Virus record (IMG/VR): IMGVR_UViG_3300010362_000055
Span: 1 to 37,239 of that record
Source of the DNA: a virus
Lineage: Duplodnaviria; Caudoviricetes
DNA length: 37,239 bases
Direction: 5' to 3' (one strand)
Shown: positions 8,750-18,271 of the stretch, piece after piece
Layout: each line of letters begins with the position of its first letter
Numbering within the stretch: the stretch's first letter is position 1
Notes under the pieces: generated by a model
What the model was told of the DNA's origin: nothing
Seen by the model: only the letters and a program-made list of their open reading frames with translations
The model's database searches: none
Position numbers and translations under genes: made by a program

Positions 8750-10509
8750 CGGCCCCCACGGTCACGAGCACCATCCACAAGCACGGCGCAGCCGACGTGG
8801 TGGTGCACGGCCACGGCAGCATCGCCACCAGCTTCCGGCCGCCCGTGCCGGCGCCCGTCAACCAGCTGAGCACTGAGCAGGCGACGATGGCCGGTGGAGC
8901 GCAGAACTTCCTGGACGACTGGGCCTCCGCCTGGTGGGTGCTAGGGCACTGCGGCATCGGCCCGGCCACGGTTGGGGGCCGCTCAGCGCTGCGGGCCTGG
9001 CGCACCCCGGGCACACCGATCGTGTTCCGGCCGAATGCCACGATCACTGCCCCAACTGTCGCCAACCCCAACGTGGGCCGCCAGAGCTACCCGACCACAC
9101 CCGCCCAGCGGTACACGTTCATGGTCGATGTGTGGGCTGACGGCCCAGGCTACGAGGCCAAGCTGCAGGTCGAGTTCTTCGCCGCTGACGGCACCACCGT
9201 GGTCAGCAAGCCAGCCAGCACACAGTCCCTGGCCGCCCAGGCGTGGCAGCACTGCGCCGTGACGGTGGCCGCCCCCGCGGGCGCTGCCATCGCCCGGCCC
9301 ATGGTGCGTGTCATCAACCCCACCCGGGTGCCGGACGGGCAGAACATGCTGACGCAGGCAAGCGCGTCGGCTGAGCCGGGGACGCTGGACGGCTGGCGGG
9401 GCCGGGGCAGCACGGCCATGCGCTTCGCGTTACAGCAGACACACGTGACCCATGGTGCCTGGGGGGTCGAGGTGCGATCCAACGCCACCTCGGCAGTGGT
9501 TCCCCTCCCGATGGTCCCCAGCCCCGCCGGCCAGCGGATCGACTGGTTCGGCGACTACTGGTCCGACGCGGCGACCCCCAGCCTCCAATGGTGGCGAGCG
9601 TGGTACGACGACGACCTCAACCTGCTGGGCAGCGGGTTCGGCTCGGGGTACACACTCACCCCCGGGGCCTGGACCAACGTCCGCCTAGCCCGCAACTCGG
9701 ATGTCCTGGCGGCCTACACGACTTGGGGCTGGAACCCCAACAACGCGTCCATGGTCAGCGCTGACTTCTCGATCCCGTACTACATCGACCGCCGGGGTGC
9801 CATCGCCAACACGGTCAATCCTCCCTGGCAGGAGCCGCAGCCCGACCAGTTCGTGGCCATCAGCCAGGCGGGCTTCTACGAGGGCGACGTGCCCCGCTGG
9901 TCCGCCACCCCAGCCTGGGCACCCAGCCTGCTGAGCGCCCAGCAGGCCGACATCGAGACCAACGTCAACGGCAGCGGTACCCAACGGGTTGCGGACTGGG
10001 TCCAGGCCGGGACGAGCGTGATGGGTTGGGACGCCACCCGGGCCAACACCGGCACCCACAGCCTGTCGGTCAGCCATGCGACTTCGACCGGGCCGGGCAC
10101 CTTCGCGGGTCAGCCCGGCACATTGACCCAGCTGCGCTGGCCGGTCACGCCAGGGCAGGGCTACACGTTCCTGGCGTCGGCGCGGCCGCTCACACCCATG
10201 AACACGTGCAACCTGGTGCTGGAGTGGTACAACGCGGCGGGCACGCTCCTGAGTAGCTGGACGACGCCCGCCTACCCCACCGACCTCACGCGGTTCGTGA
10301 CGCTGGCCTGCCAAGGCATCGCCCCGGCCAACGCGGCCACCGTGGGGGTGCGGGTCACGACCAACTTCGCCAGCGCCCCGGTCCAGGTGCTGCTGGACAC
10401 GTTCGGGGTCTATGCGGGCTACGTCGGCGCCTGGGTCCACCCCGACACCCCCCGCCCGCCCAACGCCCCGCTGCGCCCCGCCACCATCGGCGTGGGATGG
10501 CCACGGTGA
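8746..10509 (+). CDS. Large virion protein with three carbohydrate-binding-like beta-sandwich domains
   Basis: Repeated domain starts NQLSTEQATM, NMLTQASASAE and SLLSAQQADIE; YTF...APAGAA/APANAA motifs. Similar to the domain in 6783..7454. Confidence 0.75.
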   Translation: MTAPTVTSTIHKHGAADVVVHGHGSIATSFRPPVPAPVNQLSTEQATMAGGAQNFLDDWASAWWVLGHCGIGPATVGGRSALRAWRTPGTPIVFRPNATITAPTVANPNVGRQSYPTTPAQRYTFMVDVWADGPGYEAKLQVEFFAADGTTVVSKPASTQSLAAQAWQHCAVTVAAPAGAAIARPMVRVINPTRVPDGQNMLTQASASAEPGTLDGWRGRGSTAMRFALQQTHVTHGAWGVEVRSNATSAVVPLPMVPSPAGQRIDWFGDYWSDAATPSLQWWRAWYDDDLNLLGSGFGSGYTLTPGAWTNVRLARNSDVLAAYTTWGWNPNNASMVSADFSIPYYIDRRGAIANTVNPPWQEPQPDQFVAISQAGFYEGDVPRWSATPAWAPSLLSAQQADIETNVNGSGTQRVADWVQAGTSVMGWDATRANTGTHSLSVSHATSTGPGTFAGQPGTLTQLRWPVTPGQGYTFLASARPLTPMNTCNLVLEWYNAAGTLLSSWTTPAYPTDLTRFVTLACQGIAPANAATVGVRVTTNFASAPVQVLLDTFGVYAGYVGAWVHPDTPRPPNAPLRPATIGVGWPR

Positions 10510-10868
10510 CTGGCCTGGCCGGCAGCCCCATCGGCCGGCTGCTCAAGCGGCAGCTGGTCATCCACGCCCCCGTGCGTGGCGTGCGTGACTCACACGGCCG
10601 CCAGGCGGTGGCCACCTGGGACGCCACCCCGGTGCTGGGCTACGTCGAGCAGCGCACCACCGACGAGGTGGTGGTGGGCCAGGACACGTACTCAGCTGAC
10701 TGGTTCTGCGCGCTGCCGCCCGGCACCCAACTTGAGCCGTGGGACCGGATCGAAGACCCCGCTGCCGGCATCACCTGGGAAGTGGTGGGCCTGCCGGGCC
10801 GGCCCCGCCGGGCGCCCACCGACCAGGAGCACCACGTCGAGGCCAAGTTGCGGGTGGTGACCACATGA
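10497..10868 (+). CDS. Head-closure/stopper protein
   Basis: Position. RDSHGR, DRIE...WEVVGLPG, EHHVEAKL. Confidence 0.75.
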   Translation: MATVTGLAGSPIGRLLKRQLVIHAPVRGVRDSHGRQAVATWDATPVLGYVEQRTTDEVVVGQDTYSADWFCALPPGTQLEPWDRIEDPAAGITWEVVGLPGRPRRAPTDQEHHVEAKLRVVTT

Positions 10869-11224
10869 GCGACCAAGGCATCCAGGTGACGCCGGGGATG
10901 GTGTTCAAGCCCAACCCCGACTTCCTGTCAGAGCTCAACGACGAGCCGGGCGTGCGGGCCACCCGCAACGCCTACGCCGAGACGGCCGCCGTGCACGCGC
11001 GGGCCATCGGTGAGGCCATCAGGGACACGGGCGCCTACGCACGGTCGATCCGGGCGGAAGGCAACACGGTGCTCAGCGACGACCCCGGCGCCGCCTACAT
11101 CGAGTTCGGCAGCGTGCACAACCCGCCGTTCGCGCCGCTGCGCCGGGCCGTTGACGCCACCGGGGCCACCCTCACCGACCGGGGCGCCGACCCCAACGCC
11201 GACACGGTGTGGTCCGGTGGCTGA
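10865..11224 (+). CDS. HK97 gp10-like neck protein
   Basis: RDTGAYARSI...AAYIEFGS...PLRRAVD. Confidence 0.8.
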   Translation: MSDQGIQVTPGMVFKPNPDFLSELNDEPGVRATRNAYAETAAVHARAIGEAIRDTGAYARSIRAEGNTVLSDDPGAAYIEFGSVHNPPFAPLRRAVDATGATLTDRGADPNADTVWSGG

Positions 11225-11678
11225 CCCGTCCTACGGGCCGCCTGACACCTGCCTGCAACCCGACCCCGTGGCCGCCGTGGTGGCCTACCTGACCGGCGTG
11301 GCCACCGTGGCCGCCCTGGTGGACGACCGGGTGGCCTCAGCGCTCGACACCGAGACGGCGTGGCCGGCGGTGCGGGTGACGCTGCTGTCCAGCTTCCCCG
11401 TGTACCCCCGGGTGCTCGACCGGCACCTGTTCCAGGTGGACTGCTTCGCCACCGATGAGCCGGCCGCCTACCAGCTGGCCGCAACCGTGCGGGCCGCGCT
11501 GGTGGGCTGCGGCGGCTGGGTGGGTGCTGGCGCCGTGCTGACCGGCTCCACCGACCTGAGCCTGCGCCCCATCCCCGACGAGACGTACACCCCGCCCATC
11601 AGCCGCGTGGCGGTGGCCGGCTACGTGTTCGCCCGACCTGACCCCAGGGAGGTCACCCCCAATGGCAACCAACCTTGA
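11217..11678 (+). CDS. Tail terminator/completion protein
   Basis: Position before the major tail gene. FQVDCFA...AYQLAATVRAAL. Confidence 0.75.
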   Translation: MADPSYGPPDTCLQPDPVAAVVAYLTGVATVAALVDDRVASALDTETAWPAVRVTLLSSFPVYPRVLDRHLFQVDCFATDEPAAYQLAATVRAALVGCGGWVGAGAVLTGSTDLSLRPIPDETYTPPISRVAVAGYVFARPDPREVTPNGNQP

Positions 11679-12288
11679 CTGCAACGAGGTCCGCGTTGGC
11701 CTGACCGGCCACCTGTGGACCGCCCCGGTGGGCACGGCCATGCCCACCGACGTGACCACGCCCATGCCCACGCCGTGGGTTGACCTTGGCTACACCACCG
11801 AGGACGGCCTCAGCATGAGCGTGGACACCAACCGTGAGGACTTCAACGTGTGGCAGTCCAACTCGCCCTGCCGCAGCGTGGTCACCAGCCAGACCTACAC
11901 GTCCACCTTCACGCTGGTGCAGCGCAACGCCGAGACGCTCAAGCTGGCGTTTGGCGGTGGCGAGGTCACGTCGTCGGGTGTGGGCGTGGTCAAGTACACG
12001 CCGCCGCCGGCCGGCCTGGCCGAGCGGGCCTTCGTGTACGAGGTGATCGACGGCCCGATCACCGACCGCTGGCTCATGTACAAGGGCAACCCGGCCCTGA
12101 CCGGCGACATCAGCTTCGTCAAGAGCGACATGACCGGCTACGAGATCGAGATCACGCACCTCGACACCACCGACGGCGTGTGGTCGCTGCTCACCAACGA
12201 CCCCAACGTGGTGGCCGACACCACTGGGTTCTCCGCAGAGACCCCTGAGGGCGCCGCTGAGGCCCCCGCAGCTGAGCCGGCGGCCTGA
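11662..12288 (+). CDS. Major tail (tube) protein
   Basis: APVGTAMP, WVDLGYTTEDG, WQS, ERAFVYEVIDG. Confidence 0.9.
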   Translation: MATNLDCNEVRVGLTGHLWTAPVGTAMPTDVTTPMPTPWVDLGYTTEDGLSMSVDTNREDFNVWQSNSPCRSVVTSQTYTSTFTLVQRNAETLKLAFGGGEVTSSGVGVVKYTPPPAGLAERAFVYEVIDGPITDRWLMYKGNPALTGDISFVKSDMTGYEIEITHLDTTDGVWSLLTNDPNVVADTTGFSAETPEGAAEAPAAEPAA

Positions 12289-12638
12289 TGGCCACCCTGG
12301 ACCTCGACGCCCGCCGTGAGGAAGCTGGCGGCGGCCCCAAGAAGGTCAAGCTGGGCGGCGTGACCTACGACCTGCCGGCCGAGTTCCCCTTGCAGGCCGG
12401 CGAGCACCTGGCCAACGCCGAGATGACCGCGGCCGTGGGGCTGCTGTTCGGTGAGGAGAACGCCCGCACGGTGATGACGCTGCTGTCCAGCAAGGACCTG
12501 GACGCCATCGCCGAGGAACTGTACGACCTGGGCGCAGGTGAGGGCGGCGCCGTCATGCGCCCTACGGCAGCGAACCGGGCGGCCCGGCGGGCGACCAACG
12601 GGCGGAAGTCGACACCCCTGCGCTCAGCGCGCTCGTAG
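12288..12638 (+). CDS. Tail assembly chaperone (G-like)
   Basis: Lies between major tail and tape measure genes. LDLDARREE...YDLPAEFP. Confidence 0.8.
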   Translation: MATLDLDARREEAGGGPKKVKLGGVTYDLPAEFPLQAGEHLANAEMTAAVGLLFGEENARTVMTLLSSKDLDAIAEELYDLGAGEGGAVMRPTAANRAARRATNGRKSTPLRSARS

Positions 12639-13045
12639 GGCTGGTCACCCTGCTGGCCGACCAGTGGGGGCCGATCGAGGCCGACTTCCGACGGTTCTAC
12701 GGCCTCGACCTGGGCGCGGCGTGCTTCGGGGGCGGTGCCCTCGGGGCGCGCCGCTTGCGCGTGCTGGTGGCCTACCTGCCGCCCGAGTCGTCCCTGGCGC
12801 GGGCCATGGGCTGGTGGTGGACCGACGCCCACGAACTGACTGCCCAGCTGGTTGAGATTGGCGCCGTAGCCGCCCAGGCGGCCGGTGCCACGGCCAGCGG
12901 CCTCAGCGGCCGGCGCTGGCGGCCCGAGCCGTACCAGGTGCCCCGGCCCGCCATGCCGGCGCTGGCGGCCCCGCCGGCCACCGCCCCTGAGCCGCAACGG
13001 CTCACCCGCGAGTCGATCCGCCGAACCCTGCTACGGAGGGGGTGA
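12560..13045 (+). CDS. Tail assembly chaperone frameshift extension (GT-like)
   Basis: -1 frame open from 12541: IEADFRRFYGLDL...LPPESSLARA. Candidate slip site CGC CCT ACG at 12558-12566. Confidence 0.7.
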   Translation, partial: PYGSEPGGPAGDQRAEVDTPALSALVGLVTLLADQWGPIEADFRRFYGLDLGAACFGGGALGARRLRVLVAYLPPESSLARAMGWWWTDAHELTAQLVEIGAVAAQAAGATASGLSGRRWRPEPYQVPRPAMPALAAPPATAPEPQRLTRESIRRTLLRRG

Positions 13046-13048
13046 CCC

Positions 13049-16000
13049 TTGGCCAACGCCGGCACCGCATGGATCACCTACCTGGGCGACTACTCCAAGA
13101 TGGCGGTCGGCAGCGAGCGCGCCATCAGCACAATGGCCGGCCGCTGGAAGGCGATGTCGAAGCGCTACCTGGGGCCGGCGCTGGCCATCGGCGTGGGGGT
13201 GGGCCTCACCAAGCTGGGCGGCGACTTCCAGAAGGCGTACGCCCGGATACGCACCGGCACCGGCCAAACGGGCAAGGCATTGCAGGGGCTGCGCGACGAT
13301 TTCAAGGCCGTGTTGGCCACCCGGCCGGACTCAATGAACGACGTGGCCGACGCCATCACCAACGTGCATCAGCGGCTCGACTTGACCGGCAAGCCGCTGC
13401 AAGACGTGACCCGTGACTTCCTGCGCCTGTCAAAGATCACGGGCACCAAGGTGGCCGACAACGTCGAGGTCGTGGGCCGGGTGCTGGGCGACTGGGGTGT
13501 GCCCGCCGCCCAGGCCACCGACGCCATGAACAAGCTGTTCCGGGCCAGCCAGGTCACGGGCGTGAGCGTGGGCGACACCGCCCAGCTGATGACCCGCTAC
13601 GGCGCCCCGCTGCGCCAGCTGGGCTTCTCGTTCGATGAGTCGGCCGCCATGGTCGCCAAGTTCGAGAAGCAAGGCGTCAACACCCAGCTGGTGCTCGGCT
13701 CGATGCGGGTGGCGCTGGGCCGCATGGCCAAGGAGGGCGAAGCGCCCGTCGAGACGTTCCGCCGGGTGACCAGCGAGATCGAGAACGCGGGCAGCGCGGG
13801 TGAGGCCAACCAGAAGGCGCTGGAACTGTTCGGCGCCCGGGCCGGCCCCGACATGGCCGCGGCGATCCGTGAGGGCCGGTTCGAACTGGACGACATGGTG
13901 AAGACCATCGCCAACGGGCGCGACACCATCGAGCGCTCGGCCACCGATACGGCCACGTTCTCGGGCAAGTGGAAGACCTTCACCAACGCCCTGCGGGTGG
14001 GCATTGAGCCAGTAGCGATCCGGTTCTTTGACGGCCTCACCGCCGCCATGGCCACCGTGCAGCCGTGGCTGCTCAAGATCGCGGACGCCTTCGCCTACCT
14101 GACATCGAACACCGACCTGCTGGTCGTTTCACTGTCAGCGCTGGCCGGCTTCCTGGTGGCCGGCAAGATCGTGGGCGCCATACAGGGCATCCAGGCCGCC
14201 TTCGGGGCCGGCACACTCATCAGCGGCGGCTGGATCATCCTGGCGATCACCGCCCTGGCCGCCCTGGCCGCCGGCCTGGTCATCGCCTACAACAAAGTCA
14301 AGTGGTTCCACGACGCCGTGGACGCCGTGTGGCAGGGGCTGGTGGCCACGTTCCACTTCGTGGCCCGCAACTGGAAGGCGTTCGTGGCGGGCCTGGCCAT
14401 CGGCCTGACCGGCCCCCTGGCCGCCATCGTGGCGGGCTTCGCCTACCTGTACAGCCGCTTCGAATGGTTCCGTGACGCGGTGCAGGCCGTGGTGGGCGGC
14501 ATCGGCAAGGCCGTGTTGGAGTACATGGTCGAGCCGATCCGCACCGCGGTGCGCATCATCACCAAGCTGATCCACGGCGACTGGCGGGGCGCCCTGGGTG
14601 AACTGGTCGGCCTGCCCATGCGCATGCTGCGCCTGTTCGGCCGGGTGTGGGGCGAGCTAGGCAAGCTGGTGGCCGGCGCCCTGGCCGGGGCGGTGCGGGC
14701 TATCGCCGCGTTCGTCCCCAAGGCGGCGGCCGCCATGGGCCGCTTCGGCGTGAACCTGGTGGCCGCCATCGTCCAGGCCATCCCCAAGGTGCTGGCCGCC
14801 CTGGGCCGGCTGGGCCTGGCGATCGTGACGTGGGCCATCGCCCAGGTGCCCAAGCTGGGCGCCGCCTTCCTGCGGTGGGTGCCCAAGCTGCTGGGCTGGG
14901 CCGTCGAGCTAGCCATCAAGGTGCCGCTGTTCTTGGCGGCCGTGTGGATCAAGCTGCACTACTGGGTCGTCTCGACAGGCGTGCGGATGGCGGCCGCGCT
15001 GGCCGCCTGGGTGCCCAAGGCCCTGGCGTGGGTCATCGACCTGGCCCGCCGGCTGCCCGGCATGCTGCTGCGGGCCTGGGTGGCCATCAACCTGTGGATC
15101 GGCCGCACCGCCATCCGCATCGGCATCGCGGCCGCCAAGTTCGTGCCCAAGGCCCTGGCCTGGGTGGGCGACGTGCTGCGCAAGCTGCCCGGCCAGCTGG
15201 CCAAGATCGGCACGCTCATCTGGGACGCTCTGACCCAGCTGCCCGGCCTGATCGCCAAGGCCGGCGCCGGCATCTTCCGGGCGTTCACCAACATCGGCAA
15301 GGGCATCTTCGGCGCCATCAAGGACGGCATCGTGGCGGCGGCCAAGGGCGTGGGGGGCTTCGCCGCCAGCATGGGCAAGGCCCTGTGGGGCTGGATCAAG
15401 GACCACGTGTTCACGCCCCTGGTGGACTGGGAGATGCCCATCCCTGGGCACCCCAAGCCGTTCAAGAAGCTGCTGTCGGTCATCGGGATGGCCGCGGGCG
15501 GCATGGTGGGGCGGCCCACCCTGGCGCTCATCGGTGAGGCCGGCCCCGAGTTGGTGCTGCCGCTCAACGACCCCAAGCGGGTGGCCGAGCTACTGGCCGC
15601 CTACGCCCCGGGCCTCATCACGCACGCCCAGGGCGGCGCAGCTGCCGGCGGCACCCCCACCGAACCGACCGGCATCAACACCTGGGCCGACAGCGTGGTG
15701 GCCCGCATGGCGCTGCTGCCCGCGCAGATCATGGCCGCCACCGCCCCGCTGACCGAGTGGCGCCGCTGGATGCTGGTCCTGTTCGCTCAGGTGGCCGCGG
15801 CCATCAACCGCTTCGCCGTCACCACCCGGGTGCGCCTGGCCACCTGGGCCGCCCGCGAGGTGCCGGCCGCGACCCTGCCGGCGCTCACCGTGTGGCAGGT
15901 GCGGGTGGTGGGCGTGTTCCGCACCATGGTGGCCCAGGTGTCGGCCGTGCTGCGGGCCGCGGTGGCCAGCTGGCGCTCCCTGGGCACCCAGGCCGGCAAC

Positions 16001-17407
16001 GCCTACGTGCGGGCGCTCACCAGCCCGCTGCGCAGCGCCACGTCGAGCATCACCCGCATTGTGGACGGCTACGCCAAGGCTCTGGCGAAGGGCCTCAACC
16101 CGGTGCTCAAGGCCGTGGGCCAGAAGCCCATCCGCCTGGCGCAGGGCGGCGTGGTCAACTACGCCCGGGGCGGGGTAGCCGAACGTCACGTCGCCCAGGT
16201 GGCCCCGGCGGGCGCCTACCGGGTGTGGGCCGAACCTGAGACCGGCGGCGAGGCGTACATCCCCCTGGCCGCCGGCAAGCGCAGCCGGTCCAAGGCCATC
16301 ACCGAGGCCGTGGTGCGCCGCTTCGGCGGGGCGGTCACCTGGTACCGGGGTGGCGGCGTCACAGGCGACACCGCCGGCCTGCACCCGGTGTTCCTGCAAC
16401 GGCTCAACGCCTGGTCCCAGGCGGTGGGTGAGCCGTACCACGTGGGCAGCGGCTACCGCTCGATCGCCTCCCAGGCGAACCTGTACGCCCGCTGGCTGGC
16501 GCACGTGCCCGGCCAGGCTCAGGCAGCCAAGCCGGGGTCGTCGATGCACAACTACGGCCTGGCGTCGGACGGCAGCCACTGGTCACGCCGCAACCCGGGC
16601 GCGTTCTCGCTGCGCTACCCGATGAGCTACGAGCCGTGGCACGTCGAGCCGAACGAGGCCCGCCAGTGGCGGGGCATGACCCCCGCCGCCGGGTGGGGCG
16701 ACTCACCTGGCGTCCCCCGGGCCAGCCTGCCGGCAGTGCCCACCATGCCCCACGCCGGCCTGCTGTACGACGTGGCCGACAAGGCCATGAAGTACACGCT
16801 CGCCAAGGCCACGGCGTGGGCGGCCAACGCCCTGGCGTCCGCCAGCTACGGCGCCCCGGCCCCGGTGGCCGGCGCCGCGCTCAAGGGCAGCGCCGTCGAG
16901 GTCGGCAAGGCCATGGCCGCCGCCCGCGGCTGGGTTGGCTCCCAGTGGGACGCCCTGTACCAGCTGTGGATGAAGGAGTCGGGCTGGCGGGTCAACGCCG
17001 ACAACCCCACCAGCAGCGCGTACGGCATCCCCCAGGCGCTGCCCGGTTCGAAGATGAGCAGCTTCGGTGCGGACTGGCGCACCAACCCGCACACGCAGAT
17101 CGGGTGGGGCCTCAACTACATCGCCCAGCGGTACGGCAGCCCCCGGGCGGCGTGGGCGCACAGCCAGGCCCACAACTGGTACAGCCACGGCGGCCTGGTG
17201 TTCATGCACGCCCGCAGCTTCGACAACGGCGGCACCCTGGCCCCGGGCCTCAACCTGGTGCACAACGGCACGGGCAGCCCCGAAGCGTTGGCCCGGCGCG
17301 GCACCGGGGCCGCGGTGCAGATCGGCACCGCGCACTTCCATGAGCCGGTGGACCTCGACCTGCTGCTGCGCAAGACCGCCTTCCTGGTGGCGGCAGGGAG
17401 GGTGTGA
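13049..17407 (+). CDS. Tape measure protein with C-terminal M15-type peptidase and lytic transglycosylase domains
   Basis: 1452 aa with Trp-spaced helical repeats. SGYRS...SMHNYGLASD...EPWH; ESGW...NPTSSAYGIPQALP...YIAQRYG. Confidence 0.95.
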   Translation: MANAGTAWITYLGDYSKMAVGSERAISTMAGRWKAMSKRYLGPALAIGVGVGLTKLGGDFQKAYARIRTGTGQTGKALQGLRDDFKAVLATRPDSMNDVADAITNVHQRLDLTGKPLQDVTRDFLRLSKITGTKVADNVEVVGRVLGDWGVPAAQATDAMNKLFRASQVTGVSVGDTAQLMTRYGAPLRQLGFSFDESAAMVAKFEKQGVNTQLVLGSMRVALGRMAKEGEAPVETFRRVTSEIENAGSAGEANQKALELFGARAGPDMAAAIREGRFELDDMVKTIANGRDTIERSATDTATFSGKWKTFTNALRVGIEPVAIRFFDGLTAAMATVQPWLLKIADAFAYLTSNTDLLVVSLSALAGFLVAGKIVGAIQGIQAAFGAGTLISGGWIILAITALAALAAGLVIAYNKVKWFHDAVDAVWQGLVATFHFVARNWKAFVAGLAIGLTGPLAAIVAGFAYLYSRFEWFRDAVQAVVGGIGKAVLEYMVEPIRTAVRIITKLIHGDWRGALGELVGLPMRMLRLFGRVWGELGKLVAGALAGAVRAIAAFVPKAAAAMGRFGVNLVAAIVQAIPKVLAALGRLGLAIVTWAIAQVPKLGAAFLRWVPKLLGWAVELAIKVPLFLAAVWIKLHYWVVSTGVRMAAALAAWVPKALAWVIDLARRLPGMLLRAWVAINLWIGRTAIRIGIAAAKFVPKALAWVGDVLRKLPGQLAKIGTLIWDALTQLPGLIAKAGAGIFRAFTNIGKGIFGAIKDGIVAAAKGVGGFAASMGKALWGWIKDHVFTPLVDWEMPIPGHPKPFKKLLSVIGMAAGGMVGRPTLALIGEAGPELVLPLNDPKRVAELLAAYAPGLITHAQGGAAAGGTPTEPTGINTWADSVVARMALLPAQIMAATAPLTEWRRWMLVLFAQVAAAINRFAVTTRVRLATWAAREVPAATLPALTVWQVRVVGVFRTMVAQVSAVLRAAVASWRSLGTQAGNAYVRALTSPLRSATSSITRIVDGYAKALAKGLNPVLKAVGQKPIRLAQGGVVNYARGGVAERHVAQVAPAGAYRVWAEPETGGEAYIPLAAGKRSRSKAITEAVVRRFGGAVTWYRGGGVTGDTAGLHPVFLQRLNAWSQAVGEPYHVGSGYRSIASQANLYARWLAHVPGQAQAAKPGSSMHNYGLASDGSHWSRRNPGAFSLRYPMSYEPWHVEPNEARQWRGMTPAAGWGDSPGVPRASLPAVPTMPHAGLLYDVADKAMKYTLAKATAWAANALASASYGAPAPVAGAALKGSAVEVGKAMAAARGWVGSQWDALYQLWMKESGWRVNADNPTSSAYGIPQALPGSKMSSFGADWRTNPHTQIGWGLNYIAQRYGSPRAAWAHSQAHNWYSHGGLVFMHARSFDNGGTLAPGLNLVHNGTGSPEALARRGTGAAVQIGTAHFHEPVDLDLLLRKTAFLVAAGRV

Positions 17408-18261
17408 TGGCAGCCACCGTGGTCATCAGCGACGAGGTGGGCGTGATCGACGGGGCGCTGGCGCTCACCTGCGATGCCGGCTGGGTGGTCGAGTCCGTCG
17501 AGATAGGGCTGCCCGAGCCGCGGGCCGTGGTCGAGAACCGGCCCCTGGGCAACGGCACCATCGACCGCACCGGCTACGCCGCGGCCCGCACCATCACCCT
17601 GGGCCTGGTGGTGGCCGACGACCCCTCCACCCGCCAGGCCCTGCTCGACCAGCTGGCCCCCTACCTGTACCCCGCGGCCCGCCCGTGGCTGGGCATCGCC
17701 ACCGACCCGCTCGCCCCGCTGCGCTGGTACCAGGTGCGGGCCACTGACCTGTCCGGCCCGTGGGAGCAGCCCGAGTACCTGCGGGCCACGGTCGGGTTCG
17801 TGACCGCCGGCCTGCCATGGGGCCAATCAGGCGACCTGCACACCGTCAACGTGTGGCCCGGCACCGGAGCAGGCGGCCGCACCTACAACCTGGCGTTCGA
17901 CCGCGTGTACCCCAGCGCCCTGCCCGACGTGGCCGTGGCCTACAACGCCGGGGCGGCGCCGGCCCCGTGGACCGCCACCATCTACGGGCCGGTCACAGCG
18001 CCCCGGCTCGACAACCTGACCACCGGGCAGGCCATCGTGACCACCAGCAAGCTGGTGGTGGCGGCGGGCGACTGGGTCGTCATCGACTCCACGGCCCGCA
18101 CGCTCATGGCCGATGGGGTGAGCAGCCGGTACTACACGCTCGACTTCACGCAGACCGAGTGGTTCACGCTCGTGCCCGGGCAGAGCCGGCTGACCGTGCA
18201 CGGCACCGACACGCAGACCCCGGCCATGGCGGTCATCACGTGGCGGGACGCCTACCTGTGA
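17404..18261 (+). CDS. Distal tail (Dit-like) protein
   Basis: Follows the tape measure gene. NAGAAPAP...IYGPVTAPRL...WFTLVPG...WRDAYL. Confidence 0.85.
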   Translation: MMAATVVISDEVGVIDGALALTCDAGWVVESVEIGLPEPRAVVENRPLGNGTIDRTGYAAARTITLGLVVADDPSTRQALLDQLAPYLYPAARPWLGIATDPLAPLRWYQVRATDLSGPWEQPEYLRATVGFVTAGLPWGQSGDLHTVNVWPGTGAGGRTYNLAFDRVYPSALPDVAVAYNAGAAPAPWTATIYGPVTAPRLDNLTTGQAIVTTSKLVVAAGDWVVIDSTARTLMADGVSSRYYTLDFTQTEWFTLVPGQSRLTVHGTDTQTPAMAVITWRDAYL

Positions 18262-18271
18262 GGGAGACGCC

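Noticed and set aside
8746-10509. Diversity-generating retroelement target
   Set aside because: No reverse transcriptase and no template/variable repeat pair seen.
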